A DNA stretch of 64,000 bases from an uncultured Acidobacteriota bacterium (GTDB lineage: Bacteria > Acidobacteriota > Polarisedimenticolia > Polarisedimenticolales > DASRJG01), in NCBI GenBank assembly GCA_964511835.1, contig CAZEII010000019.1, positions 1,288 through 65,287 of the forward strand, read 5' to 3'. A program made the translations under genes and the position numbers. This document shows, piece by piece, positions 19,207 through 27,578 of this stretch (positions are counted from its first letter, which is position 1; each line of letters starts with the position of its first letter). The notes under the pieces are model-generated. The model ran no database searches. It saw only the letters and a program-made list of their open reading frames with translations, and was not told the DNA's origin.

Positions 19207-19893
19207 CTACGCGAGCTCGGTCACGAAGTCGCGGTAGGTCGCAGGGGGAGCGATCAGCTCGACTCCCATCCCCATCGGGCGGCCCATCACGGGAACGTCT
19301 CGCTTCCACACGACCTTCCCCTTGAGGCCGACGGGCCCCGTCTCGATGTCCATGAGCACACGCAACCCCGTTCCGGGGTCGGGCGGAACGAGCGTCAGCA
19401 CGAAGAGGCCGCTCTCCGAGAGGTTTCCCGTCATCGCGGCGAAGAGGCTGGCCCCCGACCCGAAACGGACCGGGATCGCGCGCAGCTTGCGCAGCGCCGG
19501 TCCGGCGGAGGCAGCACTCTGCGCGGCCTCAGCTCCGATCTTCGCCACGTCGGGGGCCTCGAGCGCATCCCGGCGGACGTAACCGAGCGATCGGATGTGG
19601 GCCTCGACGAACGCGATCGCCTGCGCTTCCGCTTCCTGCGCCGACGATCCGACGAACTTCACGGTGACGGCGCCCCCCGGGGCGGTCCAGAGCACGTTCG
19701 GGTAGGTGAGGATACGGGCGCGCCAGCGCTCGCGAGACGGGGCCACCAGCACGCCGTAGGCCTCGATCCCAAACGGCGTCTCGACGGCGACGCGCCAGCC
19801 GTGGCGTTCGGGACCGGTCGCCGCGAGTTCCCCCGGGCAGTCCTCGGTCCTCGCATGGCTTCCCCCGCAGATCGAACACCAGATGAGCGACAC
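19207..19893 (-). CDS. PilZ domain protein with N-terminal Cys/His knuckle (paralog 2)
   Basis: 228-aa ORF starting at GTG. N-terminal CSICGGSHARTEDC; shared middle block RARILTYPNVLWTAPGG...KFVG...EAEAQAIAFVEAHIRSL; C-terminal LRKLRAIPVRFG...NLSESGLFV. Confidence 0.65.
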   Translation of the reverse strand: MSLIWCSICGGSHARTEDCPGELAATGPERHGWRVAVETPFGIEAYGVLVAPSRERWRARILTYPNVLWTAPGGAVTVKFVGSSAQEAEAQAIAFVEAHIRSLGYVRRDALEAPDVAKIGAEAAQSAASAGPALRKLRAIPVRFGSGASLFAAMTGNLSESGLFVLTLVPPDPGTGLRVLMDIETGPVGLKGKVVWKRDVPVMGRPMGMGVELIAPPATYRDFVTELA

Positions 19894-19946
19894 GCGCCGT
19901 CCTCCGGTCGGATAATCTAGGGAGGATTCTAGGACGGAGCACGCCG

Positions 19947-20375
19947 ATGACGTCGGAGAGGGAGCCCATCCGCTGGATCTACCCGATCGTTGGCGGAATC
20001 ATTGCCGAGGCTCTGACGATCGCGTTGATCGCCCTCATCGTCGCGCTGACGGGACACGGCGGGTCGGGGTCCGGGGGCGAGCCCGTCGACCCTGTCGCCC
20101 AACGGATCGGCGCGGTCACCGGCGCTACGGTCGGATCTCTTCTTTGCTTCCTCCTGGGATGGTGGGCCGCGCGACGCGCGGACGGCCGGTTCGAGACCCA
20201 CGGCGCTTTGACCGGCGCGGCCGCGGGATTCCTGACCGGGCTCGGTGCGATCTTCGGTCCGCCGGGACAGGCGGCGTATTACGTCATCGCGGTGCTGATG
20301 AAGCTGTTCGCCGGGCGCGCCGGCGGACACATGGCGGGAAAGATGGCGCAGGAAGCCGGTCGCAACGCGCCGTAG
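19947..20375 (+). CDS. Hypothetical membrane protein
   Basis: 142-aa ORF with four Gly/Ala-rich hydrophobic helices. I do not recognise the family. Confidence 0.5.
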   Translation: MTSEREPIRWIYPIVGGIIAEALTIALIALIVALTGHGGSGSGGEPVDPVAQRIGAVTGATVGSLLCFLLGWWAARRADGRFETHGALTGAAAGFLTGLGAIFGPPGQAAYYVIAVLMKLFAGRAGGHMAGKMAQEAGRNAP

Positions 20376-20393
20376 CGCGCCGGTCGGCGCGGC

Positions 20394-21158
20394 TCAACGC
20401 GGCTCCGGGCGTGGCCGCGGGAATCGTGGATCGCTTCCAATCCCGAGCGCCGCCACGCGAAACGCGACGCCCGTCGCCAGGCAGCCGAAGCCGTAGCGCA
20501 CGCTCCGCCCGAAGTTGATCGACGAAGCCTCCTCGAAATACTTCGTCGGACAACTGACCTCTCCGACGCGAAATCCCCGCCAAAGAATCTCCGCCAGCAT
20601 CTGGTTGTCGAAGACGAAGTCGTCGGAGTTCCGGTCGAGCGGCAGCGAGGCGATCACCTCCCGCGAGAACGCCCGGTAGCCCGTGTGGTATTCCGAGAGC
20701 TTGGCGCCGAGGAGGATGTTTTCCGCCAGCGTCAGCGCGCGGTTCGAAACGTACTTGTACCGGGGCATTCCACCGGACAGCGCCCTGCCCCCCAGAATGC
20801 GCGATCCCAGCATGCAGTCGTGCACGTCCCACACGATCGGCGCGACGAGGGCGGGGAGGAGTTTCGGCGTGTATTGGTAGTCCGGATGGACCATGACGAC
20901 GACATCGGCATTCTCCGCGAGCGCCAGGGCGTAGCAGGTCTTCTGATTGGCACCGTACCCCCGGTTGACGGCATGGACGTGCACGGTCGTTTGTGGCAGC
21001 GATCTCGCGAGCGTCGCCGTGTCGTCGCCGCTGGCGTCGTCGACGACGATCACGCGATCGACGAAGCCGTGGGCGAGTACCTCTCGGTGCGTGCGCTCGA
21101 GCGTCAGCGAAGCGTTGTACGCCGGCATCACGACGACGATGCGCTTGCCGTCCATCAT
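20394..21158 (-). CDS. Family 2 glycosyltransferase
   Basis: Track ORF 20394..21269. The likely start is Met at 21158 (MMDGKRIVVVMPAYNAS). It has GT-A motifs (VIVVDDASGDDT, MVHPDYQY). Confidence 0.8.
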   Translation of the reverse strand: MMDGKRIVVVMPAYNASLTLERTHREVLAHGFVDRVIVVDDASGDDTATLARSLPQTTVHVHAVNRGYGANQKTCYALALAENADVVVMVHPDYQYTPKLLPALVAPIVWDVHDCMLGSRILGGRALSGGMPRYKYVSNRALTLAENILLGAKLSEYHTGYRAFSREVIASLPLDRNSDDFVFDNQMLAEILWRGFRVGEVSCPTKYFEEASSINFGRSVRYGFGCLATGVAFRVAALGIGSDPRFPRPRPEPR

Positions 21159-21225
21159 GAGGGCGCGACTATCCCCGGCCCCCCGAACGATGTCAAGAAT
21201 TCGCCCGGCTTGATAGCCTTGAGGC

Positions 21226-21609
21226 ATGGCGCGCGTGCACGGCGAGGTCGAAGGGGACAAGTCCCGCATCTTCCGGCGCGTCTACGAACTGGTGCGACGC
21301 ATCCCCAAGGGCCGGGTGATGACCTACGGGCAGATCGCGACGCTGACCGAGAACCGTCTATCGCCGCGCGCGGTCGGATGGGCGATGCACGGGTGCCCCA
21401 AAGGGGTGCCGTGGCACCGGGTCGTCAACGCGTCGGGGGGCACCTCGACCGACCGCCTCCCCGACATGCCGCCGGGTCTCCAGCGCGCGCTGCTCGAGGC
21501 CGAGCGGGTCGCGTTCCGGCGGAACGGCACGCTCGATCTCGAGACGTACCGCTGGTCTCCTCCCGGAGCCCGGGCGCTCCGCCCTCCGAGAAAAAAGCGA
21601 CGGGCTTGA
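21226..21609 (+). CDS. Alkyltransferase-like (ATL) / MGMT-family DNA-binding protein lacking the acceptor Cys
   Basis: 127-aa ORF with an MGMT C-terminal-domain pattern (IPKGRVMTYGQIA...SPRAVGWAM...VPWHRVVNASG). The active-site PCHR is replaced by PWHR. Confidence 0.75.
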   Translation: MARVHGEVEGDKSRIFRRVYELVRRIPKGRVMTYGQIATLTENRLSPRAVGWAMHGCPKGVPWHRVVNASGGTSTDRLPDMPPGLQRALLEAERVAFRRNGTLDLETYRWSPPGARALRPPRKKRRA

Positions 21610-21675
21610 CGGACGCCTCGTCCGGCTCATCTTCAACCTCTGGCGTCGTCGTGGGTCGGGGCGCGAGGAGCGTGG

Positions 21676-22470
21676 ATGACGGAAGAGCCGAAGGCGGTCC
21701 TTGGAATCGCCGGCCTGCTGACGATCGGGCTGGCGCCGGCGGTCGCGGCGCTCGTGATCGCCCCCTCGCGCGAGATCGCGATGGCGGCCGCCGGAAACGC
21801 GGCGATGGCGGTCGCATTCGTGCTCTGGGCACAGCGCCTCGTCTCCGACGCGCGCCGGTTGCGCGCTCAGGCGGGGGCGCTCCGCGGAGAGCTGTCGGCG
21901 ATGGAAGAGAAGGTCCAAGCCCAAGCCCGGGAGCTGCGCGACGTGAAGTCGCACGATGTGACGACGGGCGTCCTGAATCGCTCCGCCTTCCTGAGGCGAC
22001 TCGACGAGACGATCTCGCGCGACGGGCGCCTCGGCAAGCCGGCCGCGTTCCTCCTGGTCGACGTCGAGGGGTTCAAGGCCATCAACATCGAGCGCGGCCG
22101 CATCGGCGGGGACGCGACGTTGAAACGCGTCGCCCACGCGCTGGCCGAGGCGACGCGCGGCACCGACTCGGTCGGGAGGCTCGGCGGCGACGAGTTCGGC
22201 GTGGTCCTCACGGAGTGCGAGGATCCCGGTCCGGCGGTCAACCGCATCTTCGTCGAGCTGAAAACGCCGGCCGGGGGCGACGGCGCGACCGGCGTGCAGG
22301 TGGCGATCGGCGCCGTCCTGATCGAGAACCCCTCCGCCGGTGTCGACCTCCCCGAGCTCTTCCGGCTCGCGGAGGCCGCGCTCGCGTCGGTGCGCGGGAC
22401 CGGGGGAAGCCTGTGCGCGCGGCGGACCCTCGGCGGCACGGCGAGCCGCCGGTCCGCCACGGCCTCCTGA
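21676..22470 (+). CDS. Membrane-anchored GGDEF diguanylate cyclase
   Basis: 264-aa ORF with two N-terminal TM helices, a coiled-coil segment, an RGTD I-site five residues upstream of GRLGGDEFGV, and DVEGFKAIN. Confidence 0.85.
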   Translation: MTEEPKAVLGIAGLLTIGLAPAVAALVIAPSREIAMAAAGNAAMAVAFVLWAQRLVSDARRLRAQAGALRGELSAMEEKVQAQARELRDVKSHDVTTGVLNRSAFLRRLDETISRDGRLGKPAAFLLVDVEGFKAINIERGRIGGDATLKRVAHALAEATRGTDSVGRLGGDEFGVVLTECEDPGPAVNRIFVELKTPAGGDGATGVQVAIGAVLIENPSAGVDLPELFRLAEAALASVRGTGGSLCARRTLGGTASRRSATAS

Positions 22471-22500
22471 GCCCCGTTCCCGCGGAAGTATCCTTCGTGG

Positions 22501-25407
22501 GTGATCGCCACCTTCGAGGCGGTGCGCAAAGCGTGCACGCCGCAGCTGTGGTCGCGCGGCATCGAGCTGGTTCGCGCCGGCAGCGTCGTCGGTGAGTCCG
22601 CCTCACCCGACGAGATCGCCGTCCGCGTCGCGACCAAGGGGGGGATGATCGCACGTACGGTCCGGTTGTTCCTCGACGACGCGCAATGGGAGTGCACGTG
22701 CGGCGCGGCGGTCTGCGAGCATGCCTCTGCGGCGGTCATCGCCGTCAAGCGGGCCCACGACGACGGGCACGAGCTTCCGATCCCGACGCACACGACGGGC
22801 ACCATCGCTTACCGCTTCCTCCGCGGACCGGGCGGCGTCGCTCTCGAGCGCGGCGTCCGTGTCGGAGATGAGTTCCACGCCTTCGAGGCGACGCTCGCTG
22901 CTCTCTCGTCCGGGCGCGTGACGTCGCCGCCGTTCACCGCGCGCCAGGACGACCTGGCCGCCGAGCTGGCGTTGGGCACGCATCGACGAGGGCCGATACC
23001 GAGGGCCATCGCGGCGAGGCTCCTTCGCGCTGTCGCCGGATGCTCCGACGTCTCGCTCGACGGGCGGGCCATCCGAACGTTGGCGACGCCCGTGGGGCCG
23101 CGCGTCGCGGTGGAGGATCAGGGTGACGGTTTTCGGGTCGCTCTCGAAGACGATCCCGAAATTTCGGAGGTCTTCACGAACGGCATCGCACGATGCGGCG
23201 ACACGCTCCGGCCGACGGCGGAGCCCAAGCTCACCGGGCGCGAGTTGCACGAGCTCGGCGGCGGGCGCCACTTCGGCCCAGCGGATTGGAACGAGCTGGT
23301 CACCGAGATTCTCCCGTCCCTTCGTGGACGGGTCGCGATCGATATCCGAACGTCCAGGCTCCCGGCGATCGAACGGATCCCGCCGAGGATCGCGATCGAG
23401 ACGAGGAGCCTCGGCCCGGGCCTGCACGTGCTCGCGGTGCTCGTCTACGGAGATCCACCGCAGGCCCGGGTCGACGGCGGTAAGCTGGTTCACTTGGGCG
23501 GATCGCTGCCGCTGCGCGACGAGCGTGCCGAGCAGCGAGAGGTTCGCCGTTTGTCGGCGCGGCTCGGACTCGCCCCCGGCGTCCCGGCGGTCGTCTCGGG
23601 TGCGGACGCCGTGGCGCTCGCGGGCAAGCTTTCCGCGTGGGACGGGGAGATCCGCGGCACCGGGCGGGAGCGGTTCGCCCTCGCCGCGCCACTGAAGCCG
23701 AGCGTCCGGTTCCGGGACGACGGCGGCGTCGACGTGCTCTTCGCCACGGAGGGGACCGAAGGTCGGCCGCCGCGGCGCGCCGACGCTGCCGCGGTTCTCT
23801 CGGCGTTTCGGGCGGGGGAGTCGCTCGTCGCCCTGGAGGGCGCTGGATATGCCCCCCTGCCGCTCGACTGGCTTTCACGTTTCGGGGCGCGCATCTCCGA
23901 TCTGCTCGCGGCGCGCGAGGAGGCTGGGACGATCCCGCGCGCTCTCCTGCCGGACGTCGCGCGCCTCTGCGAAGAGCTCGACCAGCCCAAGCCCGCTGCG
24001 CTTTCCGGCCTCGAGGCGCTGGTCTCACGCTTCGAAGGGCTCGGGGAGCCCGAGCTGCCTACGGACCTCACGGCGGAGCTTCGTCCCTATCAGCGCCACG
24101 GCGTCGCGTGGCTTCAATTCCTTCGCAGGGCGGGACTGGGGGCGCTCCTCGCGGACGACATGGGGCTCGGAAAAACCGTCCAAGCTCTCTGCGCCGTCTC
24201 CGGAAAAACACTGGTTGTCGCGCCGACGAGCGTGGTCCACAACTGGTCGGACGAGATCCGCCGATTCCGCCCCAGCCTCGCCGCCAGCGTCTACCACGGC
24301 CCCAAGCGCGCTCTCGATCCGCAGGCCGCCGTCACGATCACGAGCTACGCTCTCTTGCGCCTCGACGAGGGGCTCCTGGCGAGTACGACGTGGGACACTC
24401 TCGTGCTCGATGAGGCACAATCGATCAAGAACCCCGAGAGCCAGGTCGCTCAAGCGGCCTGCCGGCTCGAGGCGCGGTGGCGCGTGACGCTCTCGGGCAC
24501 CCCGGTCGAGAACCGCCTCGAGGAGCTGTGGAGCCAGATGCATTTCCTGAATCGCGGGCTCCTCGGCGGCCGCCGCGACTTCCAGGAGCGGTACGCCAAG
24601 CCCGTCACCGAGGGGAACGTCGCGGCGTCCTCGAGGCTGCGCGAGCGGATCCGACCGTTCGTGCTTCGACGGTTGAAGCAGGACGTCGCGCCCGAGCTCC
24701 CGCCCCGCACGGACTCGGTGCTCTACTGCGAGCTGGACGACGTGGAGCGTCAGGTCTACGACGCCGTGCGCGCGACGACGCTCGAGGAAGTGGTGGCGAA
24801 GCTGCGGGAGGGCGGGGGCGTCCTGGCTGCGCTCGAAGCGCTTCTCCGCCTCCGCCAGGCGGCCTGCCATCCGGCGCTCGTCCCCGGCCAGACGGCGCAG
24901 AACTCCTCCAAGGTGGATCGCCTGCTCGAAAGCCTCGAGATGGTCGTCGCCGAGGGGCACAAAGCCCTCGTCTTTTCGCAGTGGACGTCGCTGCTCGACC
25001 TGATCGAGCCGCACCTCCGTGAGGCCTCGATCCCGTTTGCGCGCCTCGACGGCGCGACCTTGGACCGCGCGGAGGTCGTCGCCCGTTTCCAGGATCCGGG
25101 GGGGCCTCCCATCCTCTTGATCTCCCTCAAGGCCGGCGGCACGGGTTTGAACCTCACCTCCGCCGACCACGTTTTCCTGATGGACCCTTGGTGGAACCCC
25201 GCCGTCGAAGACCAAGCCGCCGACCGGGCCCATCGCATCGGCCAGGACCGTCCCGTGATGGTCTACCGGCTCGTCGCCGAGGACACGGTCGAGGAGCGGA
25301 TCCTCCTCCTCCAGGATGCCAAGCGTGGCATCGCCGACGCCGCCCTCAGCGACACCGGCAGGGCTGCGACGCTCACCCGAGACGACCTCCTCTCGCTGCT
25401 CGAATAG
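22501..25407 (+). CDS. SWIM zinc-finger / SNF2-family helicase
   Basis: 968-aa ORF starting at GTG. N-terminal SWIM motif ([15 protein letters not shown]); helicase motifs [52 protein letters not shown]. Confidence 0.9.
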   Translation: MIATFEAVRKACTPQLWSRGIELVRAGSVVGESASPDEIAVRVATKGGMIARTVRLFLDDAQWECTCGAAVCEHASAAVIAVKRAHDDGHELPIPTHTTGTIAYRFLRGPGGVALERGVRVGDEFHAFEATLAALSSGRVTSPPFTARQDDLAAELALGTHRRGPIPRAIAARLLRAVAGCSDVSLDGRAIRTLATPVGPRVAVEDQGDGFRVALEDDPEISEVFTNGIARCGDTLRPTAEPKLTGRELHELGGGRHFGPADWNELVTEILPSLRGRVAIDIRTSRLPAIERIPPRIAIETRSLGPGLHVLAVLVYGDPPQARVDGGKLVHLGGSLPLRDERAEQREVRRLSARLGLAPGVPAVVSGADAVALAGKLSAWDGEIRGTGRERFALAAPLKPSVRFRDDGGVDVLFATEGTEGRPPRRADAAAVLSAFRAGESLVALEGAGYAPLPLDWLSRFGARISDLLAAREEAGTIPRALLPDVARLCEELDQPKPAALSGLEALVSRFEGLGEPELPTDLTAELRPYQRHGVAWLQFLRRAGLGALLADDMGLGKTVQALCAVSGKTLVVAPTSVVHNWSDEIRRFRPSLAASVYHGPKRALDPQAAVTITSYALLRLDEGLLASTTWDTLVLDEAQSIKNPESQVAQAACRLEARWRVTLSGTPVENRLEELWSQMHFLNRGLLGGRRDFQERYAKPVTEGNVAASSRLRERIRPFVLRRLKQDVAPELPPRTDSVLYCELDDVERQVYDAVRATTLEEVVAKLREGGGVLAALEALLRLRQAACHPALVPGQTAQNSSKVDRLLESLEMVVAEGHKALVFSQWTSLLDLIEPHLREASIPFARLDGATLDRAEVVARFQDPGGPPILLISLKAGGTGLNLTSADHVFLMDPWWNPAVEDQAADRAHRIGQDRPVMVYRLVAEDTVEERILLLQDAKRGIADAALSDTGRAATLTRDDLLSLLE

Positions 25408-25483
25408 CGGATGCCGGCCCAAGAGGGGGCAGGAAACGGGGCCTGTCCCCTTTTCCTGCCCCCTCTTGGGCCGGCATCCGCTA
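25405..25483. repeat. 79-nt near-perfect palindrome (copy 2 of the hairpin family) between convergent genes
   Basis: Sequence: TAGCGGATGCCGGCCCAAGAGGGGGCAGGAAA-C-GGGG-CCTGT-CCCC-T-TTTCCTGCCCCCTCTTGGGCCGGCATCCGCTA. I paired it by hand: 32 consecutive bp, one mismatch, then 4 bp with a 5-nt loop. The apex GGGGCCTGTCCCC is identical to 14588..14600. The first 3 nt are the helicase TAG stop. Confidence 0.9.
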
Positions 25484-25486
25484 TTG

Positions 25487-26344
25487 CTAACGGCGATCGC
25501 GATAGGGGTCAGGGGCGAAGCCGGATCCCTCGAAGCCGCCGGCTCGGGAGCGACGGGCCAACGCATCATCGCTGATTGGGAGAACGCCCAGTCGCACCAG
25601 GGCGTCGTGGTACTCGTAGCGGAGCGAGACGACCGACGTCGGGAGGTCCTCTTCGTCGAAGTCGACCTGGACAACCCGGTGCTCGATCTCGCGTCCGATG
25701 CCCGTCGCCGCCAGCTCGTCCTTCTTGAGGGCGCTCTTAGCCTCGCCGCTCGCTCTCTCCTTCAAAGCGTCGGCGGAAGGGGCATTCTCCTGGGCGCTCC
25801 TCGAGAAGGGCTCGGGCGCCGACGGGGCGGCGTCGATCTCGTCCCGCCGCCTCGCCTCCCTGAAGAACGCGGCGGTGATGACGCCGAGATCGCGCGTGCG
25901 TCCGAGCCACGCTCCATAAGAGTTCGCCTCTGAGGTGAACGTGAACCGGCGCGCGGTGTCCATCCCGGTCTGCCAACCGGAGAGTGTGACCGTTTGGTAG
26001 GGAGCAAGGATCCACTTGCGCGCATCGCGGCTCGAAGTGTGACGCGCGTCGATCGAGTTGAGCCCGTCGACCGCCAGCGCCACCGCCACGCGCTCTCCGG
26101 TGCGATTGACCAAGCGGACCTCGTAGTCCCGTCCCTTGCGCGCCTCGATGAAGTCGGTCCCACCGGAGGGGTAGACCGGCAGCGCGCGTCCGTCAACCAG
26201 CACCTCCATCGAGAAGGGAGGCACCGGCGGGGGAAGCTGCACCGGCCTCCCGCAGGTGATCGCGCGCGCAGCGGGGGAAGCGATCGTCGCGGCGAGGGCC
26301 AGCAGCACGATGGCTGCGGCCCGGAGCAAAGTGTGCGGGCTCAT
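25487..26344 (-). CDS. Secreted hypothetical protein
   Basis: 285-aa ORF with a signal peptide (LLRAAAIVLLALAATIASPAARA) and GAAGGAG upstream of the ATG. I do not recognise the family. Confidence 0.5.
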   Translation of the reverse strand: MSPHTLLRAAAIVLLALAATIASPAARAITCGRPVQLPPPVPPFSMEVLVDGRALPVYPSGGTDFIEARKGRDYEVRLVNRTGERVAVALAVDGLNSIDARHTSSRDARKWILAPYQTVTLSGWQTGMDTARRFTFTSEANSYGAWLGRTRDLGVITAAFFREARRRDEIDAAPSAPEPFSRSAQENAPSADALKERASGEAKSALKKDELAATGIGREIEHRVVQVDFDEEDLPTSVVSLRYEYHDALVRLGVLPISDDALARRSRAGGFEGSGFAPDPYRDRR

Positions 26345-26424
26345 GCTGGGCTCCTTCGGGCCGGGGGAGTCGCGCCGGCCTCGGGAGATGGGACCGGCCA
26401 GGACGCGAAGAGTTCCCGGGACGG

Positions 26425-27561
26425 CTAGAACAGCGTCAAAAGCCCGGTGAGGGAGCGGTCGACGTCGTCTTCGTGCCTCCAGAAATCCCGCCCTAGCTCG
26501 GAGGCCCGGAGCCTGGCAGACCGCGTCACGTGGAAGCGCAACGGCCCCAGGAACGTGAAATCGGAGGTCACGTGCAGCTCCCGGTCGCTGCTCTCGTCGG
26601 GGAACTGCTGCGAGAGCCTAGACACCCGCTGCTCGTACCACGGCCGAGAGATCTCACCGCGCTCCAGCTTCAGCTTGAGCATCCCCATCAGATTCCGCCG
26701 GTCGATGATCTCAGGATGGTGGTTGACGCCGAACACGCGCGGCATGCGAGCCGAACGATCCCGGGCGACCTCCATCATGGTCATCGCGTTGCCGGGCGGT
26801 CCGTCGATGCCGAGGGTCTCGGTCGCCATGATGGCGATCCGGTCTCCGCTTCCCGTCGTGGGGATCAGGTCGTAGAGGCGGCTGTCCAGCACGCGAAGCC
26901 GGGCCTTGGGGCCGAGACGCCGGGCGAACGCCCCGAACAGTGGGTGCTCGCGGGCTTCGTCCGTGAGCACGTTTTCGAGCACGCCCTCGCTCTTCCCCCC
27001 CTTCTCCGGCCCGCGCGCCATCGGCTCGGCGACCTTGAGCCAGCGGCACATCAAGCCGAACGTGTGGCAGACGGCGATCAGCGAGGCGTCCTCTCGCTCG
27101 AGGATGGCGTCGAACAGCCGGAACAGCGGCGCTTCCCAGGACGGGTCTTCGAGGACGCCCTGGGCGGTCTCCTCGCTTCCGTCGTTCATGCGGGGATCGA
27201 GATGGCCTGGACCGCCCGTACCGACGTAGATCGAAAAGCGATCGTCCTCCGGGTCCGGGACCTGGAGGCTACGGCGGACGTCGAACGAGATCGCCCGGAC
27301 GGAAATCCCGGCCGCGTCCAGCGGCATCGACAGCTCGCAGGTCGATTCCTGAAGGGCGGCGATCACCGCGTCGTGGCCGACGTTCGGCCAACCGTGGTTC
27401 ATGTCGAGGACCGCGACGTCGAGGAACCTCGGGTCCCGCTTCGGCAGCGGCGCCCCGGCGGCGAGCCGCAGATGTGCAAAGGTCCCGCTCTTCAGGGCCG
27501 TGCAGTCCGGCCCGCAGCAGGCGACTCCCTGCGTTCGCTTGAAGGCGCAATAGTTGGGCAC
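26425..27561 (-). CDS. Class I glutamine amidotransferase-like protein with Cys-rich N-terminus
   Basis: 378-aa ORF with a putative nucleophile elbow (IAVCHTFG) and VFGVNHHPE, resembling the GATase1 Cys/His pattern. The N-terminus reads MPNYCAFKRTQGVACCGPDC. The assignment is tentative. Confidence 0.5.
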   Translation of the reverse strand: MPNYCAFKRTQGVACCGPDCTALKSGTFAHLRLAAGAPLPKRDPRFLDVAVLDMNHGWPNVGHDAVIAALQESTCELSMPLDAAGISVRAISFDVRRSLQVPDPEDDRFSIYVGTGGPGHLDPRMNDGSEETAQGVLEDPSWEAPLFRLFDAILEREDASLIAVCHTFGLMCRWLKVAEPMARGPEKGGKSEGVLENVLTDEAREHPLFGAFARRLGPKARLRVLDSRLYDLIPTTGSGDRIAIMATETLGIDGPPGNAMTMMEVARDRSARMPRVFGVNHHPEIIDRRNLMGMLKLKLERGEISRPWYEQRVSRLSQQFPDESSDRELHVTSDFTFLGPLRFHVTRSARLRASELGRDFWRHEDDVDRSLTGLLTLF

Positions 27562-27578
27562 CGGCGTTCCGCGGCGGC

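Noticed and set aside
19894-19946. Divergent 53-bp region with a 7-bp inverted repeat CCGTCCT/AGGACGG and duplicated GGAT(A)(A/T)TCTAGG motifs between PilZ paralog 2 and a membrane protein gene
   Set aside because: The repeats are short and imperfect. Much of the sequence is accounted for by the two Shine-Dalgarno regions (GGAGGA on the minus strand, GGACGGAG on the plus strand). There is too little evidence to call it an operator.
20376-20391. Short GC hairpin CGCGCCG-GT-CGGCGCG between convergent genes, and a similar CCCCCG...CGGGGG hairpin at 29111..29131, as terminators
   Set aside because: The stems are only 5-7 bp with no U-tract. Such palindromes arise easily in GC-rich DNA, so they are not reported as features.
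21226-25407. ATL + GGDEF + SWIM-SNF2 helicase as a possible defence or signalling island
   Set aside because: Each gene is a common stand-alone housekeeping or signalling family. There is no nuclease, methylase, effector or toxin partner, and the intergenic gaps suggest separate transcription.
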